Positions 12,030 to 22,800 of a DNA stretch of 64,000 nt are shown piece after piece. The translations under genes were made by a program, and so were the position numbers. The notes beneath the pieces were generated by a model. The model saw nothing but the letters and a program-made list of their open reading frames with translations, was not told where the DNA came from and made no database searches. The first letter of the stretch is position 1, and every line of letters begins with the position of its first letter. Source of the stretch: Phoronis australis (lineage: Eukaryota; Animalia; Phoronida); NCBI GenBank assembly GCA_002633005.1, contig NMRA01000052.1, positions 610,722-674,721 on the forward strand, read 5' to 3'.

Positions 12030-12202
12030 CACAAGCTGTTTAAAAATTCGAAATGAAATACGGGTCCAGGAAGTTCAAGTTCCAAGCAACTACGGTCAAA
12101 ATGTGGGAAATTAAATTAACGTTAAACAACTTGGCTCAGTTCTTGAATCCTTCTTTTATGTCTGTGACAGTGTTAGGATCCAACAACTGACATTCTGAAT
12201 AC

Positions 12203-12466
12203 CTAGTCACGGATAAAAATCGCAGAACCTTTGTTTTCAATAACAACCTTCTTGTGAAACACGTTTGAAATGAGTGCAGTCAACACCGACGATTTAAAAA
12301 CACAATATGATTGGTCAACGAGATATTTGTGTCCAATCACAGTTCTTCTCTTAAAAACATCGAAGTTCGACACGCCTCCGTCAGATGGTGTTTTACCACC
12401 AGATGTCGCAATCAGTAATCAACAGAAAACTTATTGAGAAGTTCTTGGAACAGTTTTGCGGTATGT
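12203..12466. promoter_or_regulatory. Putative bidirectional core promoter (cyclin B3 on -, GRL-like gene on +)
   Basis: Minus-strand Inr TCATTT (12268-12273) with donor tag|gtattc at 12202; CHR-like TTTGAA (12264-12269) and TTTAAA (12293-12298); CCAAT boxes at 12310-12314 (reverse) and 12333-12337; CTCF-like ccgtcagatggtg (12378) and ccaccagatgtcgca (12396); plus-strand Inr TCAGT (12412-12416) followed by donor gcg|gtatgt at 12461. Confidence 0.55.
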
Positions 12467-13799
12467 AAATAAATCACAAATACTTATTTTCATGGAATAA
12501 TCGTAAAAATTTCTTTCAAAATGTGCACACAATATGTATGTATGACAGTTGGTCTCAGCCACGAGTAGCTTGCTGATTTAGTTGTAGATGTAAAGGAACC
12601 GACCGAACCTGTGCCTTACCTGTGGCCTCTGGCTCTGACCATGGCCCATGGGCTGCCAGGGCATCATGCATGGCCATGGGCATGGTCATGGATGGGCCTG
12701 GATGTACGGTCCATGTGCCACCGGCCTGCCTATCCTAGCCGTTCAGATCGGAGTCACCTCGCAGGAAAAATATTTAAACATTGCTATAACTTTGAAGGAA
12801 TAAGTAAATTTATCTCACAGTCATTGATTGTTGTTCTTGGTTTTATCTTTTGCATAAATTCTGAAAATTATGGAGCAGCTGGTTGATATCTGAATCACTG
12901 AATGTAAGTTGAGGTTTTGCTGCCTTGTGCCTTGACCTAGTTACATAATTGAGATTGACTCTTTGTCAGCTAGCTATCTGCCTTTCTGAAGTAACATAGT
13001 CAGGTGCCTCCACCTGGGGCACCCACTTACTGTCTCATGTGCCCTATCTCAATGACTTAGCTATGTTAACGATCTCTGAATTGAAGCCCACTGTATATAG
13101 TTTTAAACTTGTTATAGTTGTTCTCTTCTTTGTTGATCTCAGTTGTTATACAGTGAAATAATAATGTGGAGAGAGTGTGGTCTCTTGAACCAGGAAGAAG
13201 AAGATAAACTTTGAAGTTTGAATTTAAGAAAGAAATAATTTTTCAATCAAAACAAAAACTTTATGTCGGGATTTTACCAGTGATTGAAATCATTTTGCAC
13301 ATTCATTTTGACTCTTAAGACAATTTAAGATGTGACACCAACAATTTTGGTGTAGTGCAAACCACTAGCTGTTTAATGGCAAGTGTTTTAGTTGGGATCA
13401 CTCTGACAACAATGCACCGCCAGGCAAACACAAAATATTGTGCAAGTAATTACACAAGAAACATTTTAACCATATCATTAACAATATAAGTATTTACTAC
13501 AGTGATAATTAAATGGATAACTACCTAGGTTGGAAGAATAATTATTCACAAAACTTTTCATTGAAAATAGAATCTCCCACCAAAGTTCATGTTGTCAAAG
13601 TCACTGTAAATCGGCCATGAGTGGGTCTTTACCTTTCTGCACTCATACTGCTCTAAATCCAAAAATGAAACTTTCGAAAGGTGTTAGAATTTTAGGGCCT
13701 GGTTGATGTTTAATGAGCTGAAATGTTTGTTAAGTCTTATCTCTTAAATGCAAGCTTTTTTAACTTCACCAAATAGAGATGGTGATGCTGCCATTATGT

Positions 13800-14050
13800 C
13801 TTCATATGCCAGAAGTTTTTTGGCGAATTATGTCTCACACTGATTAAACCATCAAAGTCATGTTCAACTTCTGCTCATAGATGGACACCTTAGGAGTCTG
13901 TTGACATCTTTAATTAATTCCTTCCAACTTGAACAAACTACTCCCGTACTTTTTGGAGCGGTCCATCATTCAGTTGCCCAAATCGGCAAGTGGCCATTTT
14001 TACTAGTACATTGCACGCGCCTGGGGATATGATGTCATATCTCCTGGCGA
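13800..14050. repeat. Interspersed repeat copy B (partner at 11515-11740)
   Basis: Shares the ~65-bp head with 11515-11579; tctttaat...tccttccaacttgaacaaactactccc is the reverse complement of 11707-11740; palindromic core ggggatatgatgtcatatctcc. Confidence 0.7.
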
Positions 14051-16566
14051 GTAGAGAAAAAGCAAAATTATCTACTGTTTTTAGTAGTTTTATGAAATGT
14101 GCGCATTTTCAGAAAGAAGAAACTATTTTCTACCAGGATATTTTACTTTGGACTTGTCCTGTAGCATCGCTCATTAGTGCCAAAGGTTTGATTGGTGGTC
14201 TGGAACTGGCACAGTGCTGCCCTCTCTATAAAGAGTACCCTTAACCAGACAGTCACACACCGGGCAGTTGAAGCAGGTGCTCCTACTTTGAAATCAAATT
14301 TTGAAAGTTTCGAAACAGTACGCTCGCTACACGCGCAGAAGTCATTTCCTCGATTTTTGGTTTTGTAATGTGACGTCTTCTGGGAGATGATGACAATTTT
14401 GCCGAAGCAAAATTTCTGCCATATTTCCGTTCAGTGGCAATAAAGTATTCAAAACCACTTAAATCTGCCAATTTGTTGTAAACTGTAAATCTTGTGAAAA
14501 AGGAACGAGGGATTGATGATTCGGTGAAAACAAGGATGGGCAAAAAAATTTCATGCCGCTCAAAGTTGATACATATGATTGTTCCACAAATTTAGCTGCA
14601 GAATGACTGACTAGCAGTATTCTTTTTGTGCCAGTAACCAGATTAGCTTACTCAAGGAAGAGTATAGTTTTTAATGTCAGTAAGTTTGTGCATTGTTGTG
14701 TTTTCCTCACTTTTTACTCAGATCGTTCCAAAGCTGTATATTTATAGGGCTTGGCACCAAAGGCATCTATCTGCTATTGGACAGTGGGACACCATTGGTA
14801 ATTCTATTGGGCAAGTTGCCAACCAATCAGAATAGTTATTGCCGGGAGCTGGTGATAACTTAAGAATGAAAATATATTGAAAAAAACAAAGAACCCAACA
14901 AAATTTGACTTGCATGTCAATAAACATTTTCCTTTTTATGTTCTTTGTTCTTTTCCTCTTGCCGTTACATGGCACATAAGTTAAATTCAATCCTATTTGT
15001 GCAATTTACCTGGCCCCGAATTGAAAATTGTCTCTTCTCAGACCAGGCAGTGAAAATCACTGGTAGGCATTTAACTGAGGGCAGCTAATAAAAAAATATG
15101 CATTCTGATGTCAGTATACCTCCAAAGTGTGACTTCAGTACATTGGGCGTAATCTGAGCATTTTTGCTGTCTTGGTTTTTATTGTACCCGCTTTCTTTAG
15201 GAAATAAATAGCATTAAATTGCTATCATGTTGTTTATCACCACTTGGATAACTAGCCAGGACATTGACATGTAGGCAGATTGACCCTGTTTCTCTGTGCT
15301 TCTTTAGGTTCATGAACTTTGTGACCTAGCCTCACCACTGATATTTGATGGGGCTACCAAACGAAATTAACTTGGGAGAATTGACACCTTTTGTTTATAA
15401 ATGTTTCTCTGCTTTTCTATTTCTGTTCAGTTCAGACTAGAGAGGGCGTTGATGTAATGAACTGTTGCCTAGGGTAATGCGTCTTACATCGTATGTGTTA
15501 AGCGCCACCTTGGCAGTAACCCTCAACCTACTAGCAATGCAGGTTGAGTGTGGGAATGGGACAAGGCAGCCCACTGAGTTTCAGGAGACAAGGCAATAAT
15601 TTTGATTACGACATCCTCACCAAATATTTAGTTCGATGTGCGTACCACCAAAGCCAGTATTAAAGGTTCCATTATTTTATAACTTCTCTGTTTTCAATGA
15701 CGCTCCTCTGGTACTGGAGTTAAATGATAGCTCCCTTGCCCTGGTCATCACTTTTTGTTTACTTGCCTGTGACAATAGTCTACTACTGAGCAAAATCCTG
15801 TTGTTTCGTATTTCTGTGTGAGCAGTTTTCCAGGTTGTTTTGTGTTTTGCAAAATAGCAATACCATGTAAAGTGATGTAACATCAAGTTAACACCTTTAT
15901 CTCATGAACTGTTGAGCAGGGATCTATGGCTAAATCCAATGGATTAAACTTGAATTAGTATTGGGCATTGTGTGCCATGCTACTAACATCTCATTGTTTA
16001 ACTATCAGATTCAGTTCTGCGTGAACAGTGCATGTTCTGACAGTGATGAAGAACAGTTAGAATTTGTTTTGATTTTGAAAAATTCATGTTGCAATCGCTT
16101 GTCAGGCTGAGTTCTGTATGAATACAGCGTGTTCTTTAAATCTTGTGGAAAATTCTTATAATTGTGTCACAGATTTTTGAGGAATTTAAGATCATTGTCA
16201 TGCCTGTAAGGTCTGTAATAAGTTAAATTTTCTTCTCACAAGCTTTTTCGCTTTTATCTTTTGAAGCTTGAAGCAATCCCAGGATGTTAAAAGGTTCTTA
16301 CGTGTTTAAAATAACACAAACTTAAAAACGAATAGTAACAGACTTATTTGCGCTTCTTATTTAAGAGTCTGCAGTCAAAATTGATAAAACAAAGAACAGT
16401 TTGCTCCATAGCTTGTGCTGACTTCAAGCTGTGAAGGACTTTGATCAGTTATTGGTCATAAAAGCAAAAGAATCTCACAAAAGTGACAGACTGTGGAAGT
16501 ATTACTGAATTTCAGTTTGTCCTTTCTTGAAAAATTTGGCAAAAATGTGTTACAGACACAACTGAA

Positions 16567-17034
16567 AGTCTTTAGAAATTGGTAAGTGTAGGGCCATTGT
16601 GCATTAGTTTTTAGCAATTGGTAAGTGTAGGGCCATTGTGCATTAGTTTTTAGCAATTGGTAAGTGTAGGGCCATTGTGCATTAGTTTTTAGCAATTGGT
16701 AAGTGTAGGGCCATTGTGCATTAGTCTTTAGCAATTGGTAAGTGTAGGGCCATTGTGCATTAGTTTTTAGCAATTGGTAAGTGTAGGGCCATTGTGCATT
16801 AGTTTTTAGCAATTGGTAAGTGTAGGGCCATTGTGCATTAGTCTTTAGCAATTGGTAAGTGTAGGGCCATTGTGCATTAGTTTTTAGCAATTGGTAAGTG
16901 TAGGGCCATTGTGCATTAGTTTTTAGCAATTGGTAAGTGTAGGGCCATTGTGCATTAGTCTTTAGCAATTGGTAAGTGTAGGGCCATTGTGCATTAGTTT
17001 TTAGCAATTGGTAAGTGTAGGGCCATTGTGCATT
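16567..17034. repeat. Minisatellite, 12 x 39 bp (agtYtttagcaattggtaagtgtagggccattgtgcatt)
   Basis: Exact tandem period of 39 with no spacers; position 4 varies C,T,T,T,C,T,T,C,T,T,C,T across the units. Confidence 0.98.
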
Positions 17035-18651
17035 TATCAAAATATCTACAAAAATACAGAATAAAACTGTTTTCTTAAAGTGGAACGACTTAAATTTTGA
17101 ACTGACCTTTTTGTCTTAAAATTTACCGAAAATATAGGTGTGTACATCCTAACAAAACAAGGGTATAAATCTCTTCTCCAACTTTCATTGGAATAAGTGT
17201 TGAGGAAGAAATCTTAAAAGTGGTTTTCTTTCACCTTTCATTTTTATGGATGTTCTTTTGTGTTTTTCACATAATTCCCCAAAGTACCAATTTTTATAGC
17301 CCCTCATGTCTAATGGGAACATTTAGAACCAATCTATAACAACGTTTTAGAAGGCAGTGTGTAAAATAACAGTATGTGAATTTTTCCAATATGATTTTCT
17401 TAAGTTACAAAGTAGCCAAATTTAGACATTTTTCTTGAGTTGCACCATAAGCATAAAAAATATTTTATAAAGAGTGCAATAATTCATGACTCAATCAAGG
17501 ACACAATATGGCGGTGAAGTGGCAATTATTTTGTCAAATTTCTCAGCAAAAAAATAATGTTTAACAAAGTTTTTGTTTGTACAATTTGTACAGTGTAGAT
17601 GTCATAAAATATCATTTGGTAAAGTTTAGATTATTTGCAGTAAGTTACCAGCCATTGGAAAATTGAAAATGACAATTTTTTAATTTACTTTTGTGCAAAA
17701 TAAGTAAAGAACTACGGTATTTAAGTTATTTCTGAGTAACAGCTGTAGTAACTCATGGGTGTATGCTTATATTGAATGTTTACTGCAATATCTATCCTGA
17801 GTACGTAAACATCTTCAAGAAGGCCAGTGGTGAACCTTGCCCCTCACGCTTGCTGGAGTAACCCGTGCGTGTGTGGCTGTGGCTTATCACTTTGAATTTC
17901 CAGTTTATCTGTACCTGACACTGTGGATTTATTCGATAAACTTGTTGTTGGATTTAAATCAGTCTCCATTTCCATTGCAAAAGTGTCTTGAACTAGTCAA
18001 AATTTATGAAGAGGGTCGTTCACTGAGTCAGTGGCCCAGATGACTTCCAGAAGGCAACGAATGTTGTCAGAGTCAGACCACAGAGTGTCGTATTCAAGGA
18101 AATCTGGAGCTAGTATAGATAAATGGAATGAAAAGAAAGTGAGACGTTCGAAGTCCCTTGATAGGGAAATGGTGGGTAGCTTTGATTAGGCTGTAGTAGT
18201 GAGTGTGAGTTTCCTGAGCACAAAATTTACATATTGTAGTATGTCAATGTAAGTTACGCGTCAACTTAGGGAGTTTTAGTTTTCAGTTGTAGTGAGAAAT
18301 ATCTGGTTTGAGCTGTTACTTTGCATTTCTTTATTTTGAGTGAATGAAGCTCCTAAAGTTATACTTGTGGTTCTTTACCAAATATTGTGGAAGTGATTAA
18401 TTTATATGGTCTAATTTACCAACAAAATTCTGTTCCATGAAAAATATAGTGTGTATACCATATAGCCATAAAATGACACGTCTTTGTCAACTTGAAATTT
18501 ATTTGTAACGTTGCAGACAAGGTTAAAAAGAATGAAAAAGGAAATTTGGCAATTATTTTTGTATAAGATAACTGCCAAAGAATTATTTATTCACTGTTTT
18601 CCCTTCGTGTATTCGAATATGATGCTGCACGATTTTTGAAATGTTTTGCAA

Positions 18652-18813
18652 CATGTTTGAAAAGCTCTGAGCCATGTTTGAAAAGCTCTGAGCCATGTTT
18701 GAAAACCTCTGAGCCATGTTTGAATAGCTCTGAGCCATGTTTGAAAAGTTTTTTAAGCCCTGTTTGAAAAGTTCTGAGCTATGTTTGAAATATTAAGTCA
18801 TTGTTTGAAAAGC
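18652..18813. repeat. Degenerate 21-bp tandem repeat (catgtttgaaaagctctgagc), ~7.5 units
   Basis: Four near-perfect units at 18652-18735, then progressively diverged copies. Confidence 0.9.
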
Positions 18814-19612
18814 CTGGTTATTTCTGGTTTTAAGCCAAATGATCAAAACTCCGAACATTTTTTTTAAAAATTATGTTGTGGTAAAAATTGTAGTGACTTG
18901 CCTAGCAAGTGAAAAGACTGCGTAACTTTAGTGGTTTTTTTAATTAACAGAAAGGAAGATATTACTACGTAAGAACAAGCAATTTGTACCTTATGTTTGA
19001 ATTTTTGTCCAATTAGACATGTTTGATATTCAGAGGCACGTGGCCTGTGTGGTGTCTTGTTTTCACTAACTTGTTGTGCCGTTACTAGACATCAAATTGA
19101 TTACGATCACTTAAAGTGGCTACAAACACGCCTTTGGCCATTAAAACAAACTTTTCATTTAGACCCTTTCCACAATAAAAGAGGTCTCGACTTGTTCCCA
19201 ACTCAGACATAATTGCGTGACTGTTGAAGAACTGACACTTCAGTTTTGCTTGAGACTGCTTGGCGCCTATAAGGAAACGTCACGGCAAACCAAAGTATTG
19301 AGCCTGATAGCAACCAATAATGAATTGTCAGTTTTTACCTGGCTCAGGAATCATCTCTAATTCTAGTAAGGAACATGTCATGACCAGATATGTAGCAGTC
19401 TCGTGATTAAATCAAACATTCCTTTATGGAATTCTGGTTTATAGGTCTGATTCGTCTTGCATGTTTGGTGTAATATCTAGAATTGCAATGTTTAGTCTCC
19501 TTCGTGTGTCGTTTTTTTATGACATTCACACAAGAAATTGGCGTGATGCAACTCATCCACACATTTTGACATGGTGTAAATTGACAACATTGTAATGTAT
19601 TGTGACTAAGTC

Positions 19613-19664
19613 GATTTTTATTTATCTTTCAGAATACTGATTTTTATTTATCTTTCAGAATACT
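19613..19664 (+). repeat. Perfect 26-bp tandem duplication of a splice acceptor
   Basis: gatttttatttatctttcagaatact x2, giving AG acceptors at 19631-19632 and 19657-19658. Confidence 0.95.
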
Positions 19665-19676
19665 GCCGTAGAATTT

Positions 19677-19818
19677 ATGACCTCCACGGCGGCTCTCACT
19701 GACAATGTGGAGAAGAATGATACTGACGAGTCTGGCATTACCTTCTTGAATCCCAACATTGATAATGGCAGCCATGACAGTGGGCATGATAGCGGACACA
19801 CTAATGAACAGTTGGAAA
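19677..19818 (+). CDS. GRL-like gene exon 1 (MTSTAALTDNVEK...NEQLE)
   Basis: Preceded by strong acceptors; donor A|gtaaga; phase 1 matches the next exon. Confidence 0.75.
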
Positions 19819-22800
19819 GTAAGAGCAGGCAGAGATTATACCTTGGAAAATAGATTCGTTATTTCGCTTGATCCTGGGATTTCCCACTTGTCAAGCTTTC
19901 GACTTCTCCCTATTTTCTAAGTTTTAGCAGGGGCACTCTTCACTTTTGCTTAAAGATTATGTTGGACCTTGTCGACAATATCAACAAAACTATTGAAAAA
20001 ATATGTAAAGGTATTTTCTGAAATTAGAAAGCCTGTAGACTTTGATTTTTAACTTTTTACAAATATGTTAGTACTTGGATCAATGTATTTATAGTAAAAT
20101 TTAACAAAAGAAAGACATTCATACCAAAAAAAAACAGTATCAGTATCGTGGTCAGATTTTATTTGATACAAATGTCCAAGATGAAAGCTCAAAAGCACTC
20201 TTATAGTATCATTTTGTTTTTGTTTGATGTAACTTCTGATTTCTTTCATTAAATTCATAGAAGTCTTATTTTTGATGTCCTCTCATGCAAAAATGGAGTA
20301 TTTTGAACACAATTCCTAACAACAGTGTGGAGAAAAGTGCATTAACCGTTGTGTGTGAAAGTTTCATAAATTATGAATCCAATCAGCCATTTCTGAGATA
20401 AGATGTTCCGAAGTTGGCCAAATTTGGAATTTTTCTAGGGCTTTACATAACTATAAGTAAAACCGTGGATAAAATTGTCATGTTGAAGGGTTGTTGTCAT
20501 GAGCAAGTCGCTCAAGCACTATTGTAATTTTTTGATGAAAGTTGAGAATAGATGTTTTTTAAAGCTTCTTAAAAGAACCCAATGGTGGTTGTCTATTTGA
20601 TAGTCACATAAATTTGGATTCATTGAAACGTTTTAAGATGGAATCTTTGAGAGGTTTGTGGATGGCTGTGGACGTGGTTTTGAATTTGTAGTCCGTTGGT
20701 TTGTGTGATTTTGAGTCCCATGCTGTATTTTGTTTTTCCGTAATAAATGTAGTATTTATGCGTCCATGGTTTTCAGATGTATTACAGGTTTATTCCGTAT
20801 CAGGTATAGTATTACCCAAGTATAGCTGTCCTAAGCATTAAAACTTGTTCTTTAAGTTCACAATAAAGTAGACCAAGGCCACTCATGGTGCACAATAAGT
20901 GGAAGTTTTCGAAGACAAATAGCACTTGGCCTTTTACTTTTAACTTTTCTCAGAAAGTATGGGTGCATAGCTACGGTGTATGCAAGTACACCGCCTGCTC
21001 TGGAAAATTAGAACACTTGAAGAAGATGGATTTTTGTTTCTCCCAAAAAGCTCTTGGTCAGGTATAAACATCAAATCACTTATTTTATCCAGAGTGCCAA
21101 ATGCTGCATGTACAGTAGACATCATTTCCAGGGATTCCGCGGGACTTTCCTAAGGGGTCATAGTGTACTGGCTGAAAAATCTAGCATTAGTCTCGAGTTG
21201 AGCCTTGTTTGAAAAACTCCTCGTTTGGTCATGGTTGTAAGTTTCCACTTTGAGATATTGAAAAATTAATTATTTTTATCTTGTACCAAATTTTAGGAAT
21301 AGGGAATGTTGGCCGTCCCAAATTTAAGAATTATGGTCAATGACAAAAGATCATTCACCTGGATGTTACTAAGCAGACAAGCACGAAACGTCTGTTTTTG
21401 GTGGCTTTATGATTTGCCAAGTCTATTTTCAGACTCTGGTACAAAATCCTCTGTTCTATATTTGTGAAATGTGATGGTTGGCAAAATTGCCAAAATCCCA
21501 GTCTTGGATGTGAATTTCAGTGTTCCAAATTTTCGAGACTCTCCCAATCTGTATAACTTTTACTGAGCAGCAGTGGTTATTTCTGTTCATTTCATTCTTA
21601 AAATATTTGCCGACAGTACGTAGTACTGCAGCAGGTTTTCTCTTAGCACAAAAGCATGATATATAAATTCAGTTTTATGTTGAAATCGCTGTACCTTGTT
21701 TACACTTCATAGACAAACAAGGGGAAATCTCACCTATTTTTGACAAAATTATTTGCTGAAACTTTCATATATCAAGGGCTCAAATTGTTACTGTGAGCGA
21801 CCCCAGCTCCTCAAAATATTGGTACAGAATTTGAAAATGATAAAGTATTATTTCTGTTCATCTTGTACTTTGTTAGATGACTGAAAAATTGAAATTTTAC
21901 TTGTCCTAACTTGGTGAGTTTTTTACTGTTTTTGGGAGCAATTGCTGTTTGTCTCACCACTTCAGACTCTCAGGGAGTTAGTTTGAAACTGAAATTCATT
22001 GTTTTACACCCTGTTCGTGCTGCACCTCTTGAGCTTATACCCTGTCTTCACATGCATGATTTTTGTAGTCAACTGTTTCCCAATGACCTTTGCAACCCAG
22101 TAGTTGTTTACATGTTTGCTAGGTTGTGTAGGGTAGTGTCCTGTTGTCTGCTGGACTTTGCACTCCATTCATCTGGCTTTCATGGAATTGTGTATTCTTC
22201 TAGACTTTTGCTGGGTGTTTAGTGAAAATTTTGTATGTCTTATGACATTTGAAGTCTTATTGACTCCTCATTATGACAGGGCCCTCAATCCCTCAGAGTT
22301 TGTGGCCGAATGTCGTTCCTGTTCCCCTCTGAAAATTTTGGAAAAATCATGCTATATTCTCCTCATGAGGCCCAAAAATTCCCCTCAGGTGTTCGAAAAC
22401 TAAACCCTCGAGGTTCAAATTACTTGTAACTCACACAGGAGACAATTTGAAAGTACTCATAATGTTACGTATTAGTTTTGGCTCCTTGAGAGAAAGCCTA
22501 GAGGGCTTGCAACAAGATAGGGGGTGCCATTGTTGGTGATTGGGAAGTACAATTTTCCCCTCACACCAAAACATTCCCCTCTTGGAAGGCACAGGCACCT
22601 TTCCCCTCTGATAAACAAGGGCCCTGTATGATTTGGTCAAATATTCCAAAAGAGTGTGATGAAAAAAAATTATTCAGACAACAAAGATTTACATACATAC
22701 ATAGATATCTGAACAGTGCCATGGGACCATTTTTTAGGAACTATTTTTCACGCTTTTTGTATTTCCCAACTCGGCCATATTTTTTCAGGACAGGAGCGCA

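Noticed and set aside
16456-17040. 194-aa ORF of NAQWPYTYQLLKT repeats, or a possible CRISPR-like array
   Set aside because: The ORF is a by-product of a stop-free 39-bp (13-codon) minisatellite with no ATG start. Units abut without unique spacers, and the DNA is eukaryotic with no cas genes.
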